Source: Vicinamibacterales bacterium (GTDB lineage: Bacteria > Acidobacteriota > Vicinamibacteria > Vicinamibacterales > JAENWD01). From it: a DNA stretch of 64,000 nt. Both the position numbers and the translations under genes were made by a program. The DNA lies in NCBI GenBank assembly GCA_036381155.1, contig DASVDJ010000035.1, positions 73,755 through 137,754 on the forward strand, read 5' to 3'. Every line of letters begins with the position of its first letter. Position 1 is the stretch's first letter. Below the pieces are notes generated by a model, which did not search any database, had not been told where the DNA came from, and saw only the letters and a list, made by a program, of their open reading frames with translations. Below, one piece after another: positions 8,819 through 17,131 of this stretch.

Positions 8819-10975
8819 TCAGGCCGCACACGCCAGCGGCCGATCGAGCAGATCCACCAGGCCACCGGCATCGAGGATCAGGCCGACACGTCCGTCGCCG
8901 AGGATCGCACCCCCGGCGATGCCGCGCACGCGGGCGAACGCCTCGCCGAGCGACTTGATGACGACCTCCTGCTTGCCGAGCAGCTCGTCGACGACGATCC
9001 CGACCCGCCGCCCGTTGTCCTCGATCACGACGACCGTGGCGTCGGCGGGATCCGGCAACGATCCGTCGATGCCGAACAGCGCGGCGAGATGGACGAGCGG
9101 CAGGACGCTGTCGCGCACCTGGATGACCTGCTGCCCCTGAAATCCGTGCACCTGGTTCCGTGCCGGACGCAGCGACTCGCGCACGCAGAACGTCGGCAGC
9201 ACGAAGCGTTCGCTGCCCGCGCGCAGCAGCAGCCCTTCGAGGATTGCCAGCGTGAGCGGGAGCCTGATGGTGAACCGCGTGCCGACGCCGCGGGTGGTCT
9301 GGATCTCGACCCGGCCACGCAGCGACTCGATGTTCCGGCGCACGACGTCCATGCCGACGCCCCGGCCCGAGAGCTCGGTGACCTGGTCGGCCGTCGAGAA
9401 GCCGGGACGGAAGATCAGCTCGTGGATCTCCGCCGGCGAGAGCGCCGCGTCCTCGCGGATGAGGCCCAGCGACACCGCCCTCGCGCGTATCCGCTCCGTA
9501 TCCAGCCCCGCCCCATCGTCGGCGATGCCGATCACGATCGATCCGCCTTCGTGCAATGCGCTCAGCGTGACCCGGGCCGGGAGCGGCTTGCCGGCCGCGC
9601 GCCGCACGTCGGGCGGCTCGATCCCGTGGTCGATGCTGTTGCGCACCATGTGCATGAGCGGATCGGTGATCTCCTCGACCACCTTGCGATCGAGCTCGGT
9701 GTCCTCGCCCGACATGACCAGCTCGACCGACTTGCCGGCACGCCGGCCGAGGTCCCGGACCAGCCGTGCCATCTTCTGGAACGTCGGCCGGATCGGCATC
9801 ATGCGCATCGACATCGCGCTGCGCTGGAGGTCGCTGGTGATGCGCCGGAGCTGCCCCAGGTTGCGCGCCAGCCGTTCGTCCATGCACTGCTGCAGCGCCG
9901 GGTCGGCGAAGATGATGGACTGCACGATCACGAGCTCGCCGACGATGTCGACGAGAGCATCGAGCTTGCGCGTGTCGACCCGGACCGCCGTCAACGAGCC
10001 GTCGGTGCGGGCCGCCCGCGCGTCCGGCACCGCTGCGGGAACCGGCGGCGCGGCAGTATCGGTGGTGCCGGGCTGCGCCGGCGCGGAGTGCGCTGGCGCC
10101 GTTGCGGCGGTGTCGGCGGGTGTACCGCCGCGTACGAGCGCATCGACCTCTGCGACGAGCGCGCCACACGCCCGCCCGACGTCGGGCGCGGAACCGCCTG
10201 CCAGCCGCACGGGCAGGCTCTTCACCATCGTCGCGAGCAGATCGACGCCGCGGAGAATGATCTCGATCTCGGCGCTGCCGATCGTGTGCCGGCCGTCACG
10301 CGCCAGGTCGAGCAGATTCTCGATGCTGTGCGCGACTTCCTGGATGCTCGTGATGCCGAGCGCGCCGGCATTGCCCTTGATGGTGTGGAACGGCCGGAAG
10401 ATGTCGTTCAGCAGCCGTACGTCCCCGGGGTGGGCTTCGACCTGCAGGACCAGCGTCTCGATGGTGGCGAGATGGTCCAGGGCTTCGGCCATGAACATCG
10501 CCGCCAGCTCGCGGTCCCCGGCCAGCATCGCCAACTCGGGGTCGGCCGGATCGGTCGCCGTGGCTGAGGCGTCGGTGCGTTCGCCGGCGGCAGCGGGGTC
10601 TGGTGCGCTCGCCTTCCAGGCGTTCCAGGCCGCCTGGATGTCCGCGAAGCTGCCAGCCAGCACGTCGATGGGCGCGGTACGCGCGGCGTCGATGCGCGCC
10701 GCCAGCGCGGCAAGCCGATCGATCCCTGTGCCCGCGAGCGTGGCCGAGACGCGCGCGAGCATCGGACCGATTCCCGCATCGTGCCCGCCCGGTTCGAGGA
10801 CGAGCTCGCAGGCCGCGCGGCTCAGCAGGTCGTCGACCTCGCTGACCCACGCCGGGACCTCCGCCGCCGGGTCGGTTCCGGGTGTTCCCGGCTGCGCAGT
10901 GGCAGCCGGCTCCTCCGCGGGCCCGGGCTGGCGCCGCGATCGGCGGCGGCCGTCGTTCCCCGCGGGCCGCGTCAC
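8819..10975 (-). CDS. cheA: Chemotaxis histidine kinase CheA
   Basis: 718 aa. The GTG start overlaps the motB stop (GTGA). It has an HPt domain (FRPFHTIKGNAGALG), a dimerisation domain, a HATPase domain (DDGAGLD, GRGVGMDVV) and a C-terminal CheW-like domain. Confidence 0.93.
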   Translation of the reverse strand: MTRPAGNDGRRRSRRQPGPAEEPAATAQPGTPGTDPAAEVPAWVSEVDDLLSRAACELVLEPGGHDAGIGPMLARVSATLAGTGIDRLAALAARIDAARTAPIDVLAGSFADIQAAWNAWKASAPDPAAAGERTDASATATDPADPELAMLAGDRELAAMFMAEALDHLATIETLVLQVEAHPGDVRLLNDIFRPFHTIKGNAGALGITSIQEVAHSIENLLDLARDGRHTIGSAEIEIILRGVDLLATMVKSLPVRLAGGSAPDVGRACGALVAEVDALVRGGTPADTAATAPAHSAPAQPGTTDTAAPPVPAAVPDARAARTDGSLTAVRVDTRKLDALVDIVGELVIVQSIIFADPALQQCMDERLARNLGQLRRITSDLQRSAMSMRMMPIRPTFQKMARLVRDLGRRAGKSVELVMSGEDTELDRKVVEEITDPLMHMVRNSIDHGIEPPDVRRAAGKPLPARVTLSALHEGGSIVIGIADDGAGLDTERIRARAVSLGLIREDAALSPAEIHELIFRPGFSTADQVTELSGRGVGMDVVRRNIESLRGRVEIQTTRGVGTRFTIRLPLTLAILEGLLLRAGSERFVLPTFCVRESLRPARNQVHGFQGQQVIQVRDSVLPLVHLAALFGIDGSLPDPADATVVVIEDNGRRVGIVVDELLGKQEVVIKSLGEAFARVRGIAGGAILGDGRVGLILDAGGLVDLLDRPLACAA

Positions 10976-11769
10976 GATGCGCCCTCCCCTTCGCTGTCGG
11001 CGATCAGGAAGTTGGTCACGATGATCGACACGCGGCGGTTGCGCGAGTCGTAGGGATCCTCGGGCACACGCAGCCGCGTGTCCGCGTACCCGCGTACCTC
11101 GCTCACCTGCCCGGGCTGCAGCTCCGGCTGCATCACGCGCCGCGCGGCGTTCGCGCGGTCGGACGAAAGCTCCCAGTTGGAATAGCTGCCGGACGTCGAG
11201 TAGCGCCGGCTGTCGCTGTGCCCCTCGACGACCACCAGGTTCCGCAGCGTCCGGATCTCCTCGGCGATGGCGGTGAGCAGCCGGACCGTCTGGGGTTTCA
11301 GGACGGCGCTGCCGGTGTCGAAGAACAGCGAGTCGTTCCTCTCGATGAGCTCGATGCGAAGACCATCGCGCGTCATCGTGATCTCGACCTGGTCCTGCAG
11401 CGACCGGAACTCCGGCCGCCGCGCCAGCATCTCCTTCAGGACCGTGGCCTTCTGTTCGAGTGCGGCGCGGTCTGCCGCTGACGCCTCGATGCCGTCACGG
11501 CGCAGCGCCGGCGGCCCTTCGGGCGCCACGCCGGTGGTTGCGCCCGGCAGGATGCCGGTGGAGTGCTCGTAGTCGAGCACGCCCGGATCCCGGAAGTAGC
11601 CGGCCACGCCGGCGCGAACCGCCTGGCTCTGCCCCACGATCCACAGCACGAGGAAGAAGGCCATCATCGCCGTGACGAAATCGGCGTACGCCACCTTCCA
11701 TGCGCCGCCGTGCGCGCCATGCCCGTGGCGGCGGGGCTTGCGGACGATGATGATGGGCGCGTTCTTCAT
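10972..11769 (-). CDS. motB: Flagellar stator protein MotB (set 1)
   Basis: 265 aa. TM/plug region AWKVAYADFVTAMMAFFLVLW and an OmpA-like C-terminus (NRRVSIIV). Confidence 0.9.
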   Translation of the reverse strand: MKNAPIIIVRKPRRHGHGAHGGAWKVAYADFVTAMMAFFLVLWIVGQSQAVRAGVAGYFRDPGVLDYEHSTGILPGATTGVAPEGPPALRRDGIEASAADRAALEQKATVLKEMLARRPEFRSLQDQVEITMTRDGLRIELIERNDSLFFDTGSAVLKPQTVRLLTAIAEEIRTLRNLVVVEGHSDSRRYSTSGSYSNWELSSDRANAARRVMQPELQPGQVSEVRGYADTRLRVPEDPYDSRNRRVSIIVTNFLIADSEGEGAS

Positions 11770-11775
11770 GACCGT

Positions 11776-12657
11776 TCAGGCGGCCTGCGCGGCCGTCTCC
11801 GTGCCTCCGCGCTGGCCCTTGCAGTACTGCTCCGTCTCCTCGAACGTGGGCCGCACGTCGGGCGGGAGCACGCGCCGCGCGAACTCCACCGCGATCGCCG
11901 GCGGGAACCCCTTGTAAACCGCGAGCAGGCCGGTCTTCAGGCACCGGGTGTAGTGCTCCTGGTCGTGCACGACGTGCTCCAGGTAGGCGCCCATCGGGTT
12001 GAAGAAGCCGTAGCAGAGCAGGATGCCGAGGAAGGTCCCGACGAGGGCCGCGGCGACCTTGTGGCCGATTTCCGACGGAGGGCCATCGATCGCGCCCATC
12101 GTGATCACGACGCCGAGCACGGCGGCGACGATGCCGAGTCCGGGCATGGAGTCGCCGAGGCGCGTCAGCGTCGACGCCGGCTTCAGCCCCTCCGCCTGGT
12201 GCACCTCGAGGTCTTCATCCATCAGCGCCTCGAGGTCGTGCGGCGAGATGCCGCCGATGATGATCACCTTCACCGAGTCCGAGAGGAAGTCGACCGCGTG
12301 GGGCCGCGCGAGGAAGCGCGGATACTTCGAGAGCAGGGGGCTCGTCTTCGGATCCTCGAAGTGCGACTCCAGCGCCATGACGCCGGACTGCTGCACCAGC
12401 TTGAAGAGCTGGTACTGCATCCCGAGGAGCTCGAGATAGTCCTCCTTCGGCACCGCCGGGCGGAAGAACCACGCGACCTGCGAGACGATGCGTTTCAGCA
12501 GCGGCAGCGGCGTGCTGATCAGCATCGCCCCCAGCCCCGCACCGCCGATGATGACCAGCTCGGATGGCTGCCAGAGGACGCCGAGGTGGCCGCCATGCAT
12601 CATGTAGCCACCCGCGACGGATCCGAGAACGACCAGCACACCCAGAATCAACAGCAT
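11776..12657 (-). CDS. motA: Flagellar stator protein MotA (set 1)
   Basis: 293 aa. MotA/TolQ/ExbB-family channel whose N-terminus MLLILGVLVVLGSVAGGYMMHGG resembles proteobacterial MotA. Confidence 0.9.
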   Translation of the reverse strand: MLLILGVLVVLGSVAGGYMMHGGHLGVLWQPSELVIIGGAGLGAMLISTPLPLLKRIVSQVAWFFRPAVPKEDYLELLGMQYQLFKLVQQSGVMALESHFEDPKTSPLLSKYPRFLARPHAVDFLSDSVKVIIIGGISPHDLEALMDEDLEVHQAEGLKPASTLTRLGDSMPGLGIVAAVLGVVITMGAIDGPPSEIGHKVAAALVGTFLGILLCYGFFNPMGAYLEHVVHDQEHYTRCLKTGLLAVYKGFPPAIAVEFARRVLPPDVRPTFEETEQYCKGQRGGTETAAQAA

Positions 12658-12682
12658 GACGCCCCCGGTCTCAGTCGCCGTT

Positions 12683-12709
12683 CAATCGGCATCCGGCCGC
12701 CAATCTTGA
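12683..12709 (-). promoter_or_regulatory. Sigma-28 (FliA)-type promoter for motA-motB-che operon
   Basis: The minus strand reads TCAA-N15-GCCGATTG (consensus TAAA-N15-GCCGATAA), ending 26 nt upstream of the motA ATG. Confidence 0.55.
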
Positions 12710-12822
12710 GCAGCGCCGTGCCGGATTGCGCGCCACGGCTCGCACACACCGGCCCCCGGCGGACCGGTTGACGTGCCGGACGACGCCGCGGCGGGACCGC
12801 CGCAGCCGTCCGATCGCCCCCG

Positions 12823-13053
12823 TCACCGACGGCCTGCCAGCTGGCGGATCCGGTTCGCGGCCGTCTCCGCGTTGCGGGCGGCGTCCACGATCCGCGACAG
12901 GTCGCTGCGAAGCGGCTCCGGAAGGTCCGGCGTCGTGAGATGCCAGTCGGCAAGGCCCAGAATCGTCGTGAGCGCGTTGTTCAGCGCATGCACCTGCTCG
13001 AGGATGCGCGGTCGCACCGCATCGTCAGGTCCGGGATCTCCCCCGCTGCTCAC
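12823..13053 (-). CDS. Stand-alone histidine-kinase DHp (HisKA-like) mini-protein, hypothetical
   Basis: 76 aa from GTG 13053, which overlaps the TGA of the HD-GYP gene (GTGA) with AGGTG 5 nt upstream. It has an H-box-like EQVHALNNALTTILGLADWHL followed by a second helix. There is no ATP-binding domain. Confidence 0.45.
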   Translation of the reverse strand: MSSGGDPGPDDAVRPRILEQVHALNNALTTILGLADWHLTTPDLPEPLRSDLSRIVDAARNAETAANRIRQLAGRR

Positions 13054-14120
13054 GACGTCACCTGGAGAGGCGCCGGATGGCTGCCGGCGTCCGGGTCGCT
13101 CGCGCCCGGCCGCCAGGACTCCGCGATACGGAGCCAGGCGTGGACGATGGCCGGGTTGAATCGCGATCCCGCACAGCGCACGAGCTCGGCCGCGGCGCGG
13201 ATCGACGCCAGCGTGTCGTCGGGCCGCTCGGAGGTCAGCGCGTCGAACGTATCGACGACCGCCACGATGCGCGCGCCGACGGGAATGGCTTCGCCGGCGA
13301 GTCCGAAGGGATGCCCGCTGCCGTCCCACGCCTCGTGCGACGCGGCGACGATCGCGGCGGCGCGTTCGAGACCGGGCACGGCGCGCACGACGTCGGCGCC
13401 GAGCTGCACGTGCGTGCGGATGAGCGCGATCTCCTCGTCGGTCAGCGGTCCGCGCCTCCTCATGAGCCCGTCAGGCAGCAGCGCCTTGCCGACGTCGTGC
13501 AGCAGCGCGCCGCGCGTGACGTCGGCCGTCTGCGCGGCGTCGAGTCCAAGTGCGCGGGCGAGCTCCGTTGCCATGCGGCTCACGCGCCACGCATGCTCCA
13601 CGGCTTCCGGCGCGCGCTCGCCGATGGCACGCACCAGCGACATCGTCGCCGACCCGGGGTCCGGCTGCGCGGCTGCGACTGCCGTCAACTCGTCGCGGCG
13701 GCGGGCGATCGCGTCGCGGGTCGCCTGCTCGGCCTCCCGATCGCGACGAACGCTCTCGCACCACTGCACGGCACGCCGCACCGCCTGCATCAGCTCGCGG
13801 CGCGAGAACGGCTTCAGCAGGAAATCGAGAACCCCCAGTCGGAGTCCTTCGGCCGCGACGTCGCATCCCTGATGCCCGGTGACCAGTACCACGCCGATGT
13901 CGGGATACTGTTCGCGCACCAGCCCGGCGAGCCACAGCCCGTCCCGGCCCGGCAGGATGAAGTCCAGCAGCACGACGTCGATGCCACCGGCCGACAGCCG
14001 GTCCAGTGCCGACACGGCGTCGCCGGCAACGGCACAGCGGTACCCCGCCGCCTCCAGCCACGACGACAGCAGGTCCCGAACGGCCGGATCGTCGTCCACG
14101 ATGAGAATCGATGCGTTCAT
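13050..14120 (-). CDS. Response regulator with HD-GYP-type domain (variant motifs)
   Basis: 356 aa from ATG 14120. REC domain (ILIVDDDPAVR, LLDFILPGRDG, FLLKP) plus an HD-GYP family domain (LLHDVGK, SHEAWDGSGHPFG). Confidence 0.88.
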   Translation of the reverse strand: MNASILIVDDDPAVRDLLSSWLEAAGYRCAVAGDAVSALDRLSAGGIDVVLLDFILPGRDGLWLAGLVREQYPDIGVVLVTGHQGCDVAAEGLRLGVLDFLLKPFSRRELMQAVRRAVQWCESVRRDREAEQATRDAIARRRDELTAVAAAQPDPGSATMSLVRAIGERAPEAVEHAWRVSRMATELARALGLDAAQTADVTRGALLHDVGKALLPDGLMRRRGPLTDEEIALIRTHVQLGADVVRAVPGLERAAAIVAASHEAWDGSGHPFGLAGEAIPVGARIVAVVDTFDALTSERPDDTLASIRAAAELVRCAGSRFNPAIVHAWLRIAESWRPGASDPDAGSHPAPLQVTS

Positions 14121-14186
14121 GTGCTGCGGTCCGCTCCTGCTCCTGCGCACCACGGGCGGAGTGAACCCGTGACGCGCTTCAGCGTG

Positions 14187-14214
14187 GGAATCGACGCGGG
14201 GAGCGGGATCTTGA
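14187..14214 (-). promoter_or_regulatory. Sigma-28-type promoter upstream of the REC-HD-GYP gene
   Basis: The minus strand reads TCAAG-N15-tCGATTCC, the same architecture as the fliC1 promoter (TCAAG-N15-aCGATTAC). It lies about 65 nt upstream of ATG 14120. Confidence 0.5.
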
Positions 14215-14237
14215 GCAGCTCGTGCGCTGTCTGGAGA

Positions 14238-15413
14238 TCAGCGATTCAGGCGGGGGCGGCGATCGGACGGCGAGTGCGCGTGCGCCAGGAGTCCGGCCGC
14301 AGCCGCTTCGCGAGCCTCCCGGCTGGGGGTGTACTCCGGTACGCCGGCCTGGAGATCGGCGAGCGCGGTCAGCGCGTCGTTGCGGCGGATATCGTCACGC
14401 AGGGCGCGCAGGACACGCCGGACCATCCGGACATCCGGTCGCGGCTGCCGGGCCGTCCAGATCCGGGGGTGCGACGTCCTGGCCAGGGACAGGCCGATGG
14501 TCGTCAGCTCTTCCCGCAGCTTCTCGCCCGGGCGCAGGCCGATATACCGGACCGGCACGCGTCGCAGGCCGATCGACTCCCCCCAGTTCTGGACGCGCTC
14601 GGCCAGATCGGCGATCCGCACCGGCTGCCCCATGTCGAGCCAGAGGATCTCCCCCGTCCGGCCCAGCAGGTCGGCCTTCACGATCAGCGACACCGCTTCC
14701 CGCGGCGTCATGAAATAGCGTGTGGCCCGCGGGTCGGTGAGCTCGATCGGCCGGCCGTCCCGCATCTGCTCGAGCATCAGCTCGAGCACGCTTCCGCTGC
14801 TCCCGAGCACGTTGCCGAAGCGGACGGCCACGACACGCGCGGAACGGCCCGCGGCCGTCAGCGCGACGAGCTCCGCCAGGCGCTTGGTCGCGCCCATCAC
14901 GCTGAGCGGCTGTGCCGCCTTGTCGGTGGAGACCTGGACGAACCGCGCGCCGCAGCCGGCCGCGGCGCGTGCGGCATGCCAGGTGCCGAACACGTTGGTG
15001 CGGACCGCACTCAGCACCGCGCGCTCGGCCATGGTGACGTGCTTGTACGCGGCGGCATGGTAGACGACGTCGGGCATCGTCCGCTCGCAGGCGTCGTCGA
15101 TGTCTCCCGCGCGACTGACGTCGCCGAGCACCGGCACGATGGGCACGTCCGGGCGCGACGCGCGCAGCTCGCGTTCGATGCGGAACAGGTTGTATTCCGA
15201 CTGATCGAAGAGCACGAGTCGCGCCGGCGCGCATTCGGCCAGCAGCCGCGCGAGCGCCGAGCCGATCGACCCGCCGGCGCCGGTCACGAGGAGACGGCTG
15301 CCCCGGAGCGCGCGGCGATCCGCGGCGCGCAGCAGGCCGCGCTCGCGCCGTCCGAGCAGCAGCTCCTGCAGGGAGACGCGCTCGTCGCTAGCGGGCTGCT
15401 TCAGCGGCTGCAC
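14238..15413 (-). CDS. NDP-sugar 4,6-dehydratase/epimerase, CapD/PglF/PseB family
   Basis: 391 aa. GTG start with AGGAGG 6 nt upstream. Rossmann motif LLVTGAGGSIGS, then YHAAAYKHV and FGNVLGSSGSV. Confidence 0.85.
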   Translation of the reverse strand: MQPLKQPASDERVSLQELLLGRRERGLLRAADRRALRGSRLLVTGAGGSIGSALARLLAECAPARLVLFDQSEYNLFRIERELRASRPDVPIVPVLGDVSRAGDIDDACERTMPDVVYHAAAYKHVTMAERAVLSAVRTNVFGTWHAARAAAGCGARFVQVSTDKAAQPLSVMGATKRLAELVALTAAGRSARVVAVRFGNVLGSSGSVLELMLEQMRDGRPIELTDPRATRYFMTPREAVSLIVKADLLGRTGEILWLDMGQPVRIADLAERVQNWGESIGLRRVPVRYIGLRPGEKLREELTTIGLSLARTSHPRIWTARQPRPDVRMVRRVLRALRDDIRRNDALTALADLQAGVPEYTPSREAREAAAAGLLAHAHSPSDRRPRLNR

Positions 15414-16092
15414 GCGGCTCCTCCTGCACGCTGACCTGCGGGTTCAGGACGACGATGTCGACGCGGCGGTTGCGGGCGCGATTCGCGTCCGAATCGTTCG
15501 GTACCCGCGGATGGAACTCCCCGTATCCCGCTGCCGACAGGCGGTCCGGGCTGATGCCGATCTGCTCGATGAAGAAGGCGACGACCGTCGTCGCGCGCGC
15601 GGTCGACAGCTCCCAGTTGGAGGCAAAGCGCGGGGTGTGGATCGGCACGTCGTCGGTGTGCCCCTCGACGCGGATTGCATGGGGGATGTCGATCAGCGTC
15701 ACGCCGATCTCGTGGAACACGCGGCGGGCGTCCTCGTCGAGGTCGGCGCGCCCGGTCTCGAAGCTGCCGGCCTCCCGTACCGTGATGACGAGACCGCGGC
15801 GGTCCTCCGACAGCTCGACCCTGTGTTCGCCGAGCTGGGCCAGCCGCCGCGCGAGCCGCTCGCGGACGTCGGCGAGCGAGCCGGCCGGTTCCGTCACGGT
15901 GTGGATCTCGGGCAGGACCGCCATGAGGGTCGCGTCCGTCACCTGGTGCTCCGCGAACGCCTGCTGGAAGGCGGCGACGGCCTTCTCCAGCTTTCGCTGA
16001 TCGACCGTCGAGATCGCGTACATCGTCACGAAGAACGCAAAGAGCAGGGTGATGAAGTCGGCGTACGAGATGAGCCACCGCTCGTGGTTCAC
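15388..16092 (-). CDS. motB: Flagellar stator protein MotB (set 2)
   Basis: 234 aa from GTG 16092, with GGAGG 7 nt upstream (a longer alternative starts at 16125). NHERWLISYADFITLLFAFFV and an OmpA-like C-terminus (NRRVDIVV). Confidence 0.85.
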   Translation of the reverse strand: MNHERWLISYADFITLLFAFFVTMYAISTVDQRKLEKAVAAFQQAFAEHQVTDATLMAVLPEIHTVTEPAGSLADVRERLARRLAQLGEHRVELSEDRRGLVITVREAGSFETGRADLDEDARRVFHEIGVTLIDIPHAIRVEGHTDDVPIHTPRFASNWELSTARATTVVAFFIEQIGISPDRLSAAGYGEFHPRVPNDSDANRARNRRVDIVVLNPQVSVQEEPRAAAEAAR

Positions 16093-16121
16093 CGCTTCGC
16101 CTCCGCGTTGCCGGCGCCGTC

Positions 16122-16934
16122 TCACGCCACCCTCCGGCGCGGCTGCCCCGGCTCCGCCGGGGTGTGGGCCAGCATGGCGCGCAGCTTCTCGTCGACCAGT
16201 CGCGGGTTCAGGCCGTCCTGGATGGCGAGGATGCCCTCCATCATCAGCTCGCGATGCCGTGCCGCCTCGCGGGCGCGGCCGCGCAGGCGCGCCGCGATCG
16301 GCAGGCAGAACAGGTTGGCCGCGCCGACGCCGTACACCGTCGCGACGAACGCGACGGCAATCCCTCCGCCGATGTGCTCGGGCTCGCTCAGGTGCTGCAT
16401 GGTCTGGATGAGACCGAGCACCGCGCCGAGGATGCCGAGGGTCGGCAGATACCCGCCGGCCGCCTCGAACACGCGCGCCGGCGCCTCGTCGTGTTCTTCC
16501 TGATGCTGAATCTCGAGCTCCATCATGTCGCGCAGCACCTGCGGCCGGGCGCCGTCCACGGCGTGCATCAGGTACTTGCGCAGGAACGGATCGGCGTGGT
16601 CATCCACCACGTTCTCCAGAGACATCAGGCCGTTCCGGCGCGCCTGTCCGGCGAGCCGGACGATCTCCTGCACGAGCGCGTCGGCGTTGACGGGACGCTC
16701 GAGGACGAGCGCGCGCAGGCTCCGGGCGGCCTGACGGATTTCGGCCCACGATGACCCGAGCAGCACGGCCCCGGCGGTGCCGCCGAAGACGATCAGCGCG
16801 GCCGCCGGCTGCAGGATCGACGAGAGCGTGCCCCCTTCGAGCGCCTGGCCGGCGCCCACGAGCGCCAGCCCGAGCGGCAGACCCAGGACCGCGGTCCACT
16901 GGAACCGCGTGCGCGCACGCCGCGTCACCGCCAC
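16122..16934 (-). CDS. motA: Flagellar stator protein MotA (set 2)
   Basis: 270 aa. GTG start with GGAGG 6 nt upstream. MotA family motifs (GGYLPTLGILGAVLGLI, AFVATVYGVGAANL). Confidence 0.88.
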   Translation of the reverse strand: MAVTRRARTRFQWTAVLGLPLGLALVGAGQALEGGTLSSILQPAAALIVFGGTAGAVLLGSSWAEIRQAARSLRALVLERPVNADALVQEIVRLAGQARRNGLMSLENVVDDHADPFLRKYLMHAVDGARPQVLRDMMELEIQHQEEHDEAPARVFEAAGGYLPTLGILGAVLGLIQTMQHLSEPEHIGGGIAVAFVATVYGVGAANLFCLPIAARLRGRAREAARHRELMMEGILAIQDGLNPRLVDEKLRAMLAHTPAEPGQPRRRVA

Positions 16935-17131
16935 GACTCGCCTCCCCGGCCGTCGAGCACGGCATGCTTGAAGCGGATGATGCGCTCGAGGATTTCGTCG
17001 GGCGTCTCCCGCACCATCAGCGTCTCGCCGTTCGCCAGCGAGATGAGGGTGTCGGGCGTCCGCTCGACGCTGTAGATCACGTCGACGTTCAGCAGCATGG
17101 CGGATCCATCGAGCCGCGTGACGGCAATCAT
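16925..17131 (-). CDS. flbD: Flagellar protein FlbD
   Basis: 68 aa. MIAVTRLDGSAMLLNVDVIYSVERTPDTLISLANGETLMVRETPDEILERI is the FlbD pattern. It lies immediately upstream of motA2, as in Firmicutes and spirochaetes. Confidence 0.8.
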   Translation of the reverse strand: MIAVTRLDGSAMLLNVDVIYSVERTPDTLISLANGETLMVRETPDEILERIIRFKHAVLDGRGGESWR

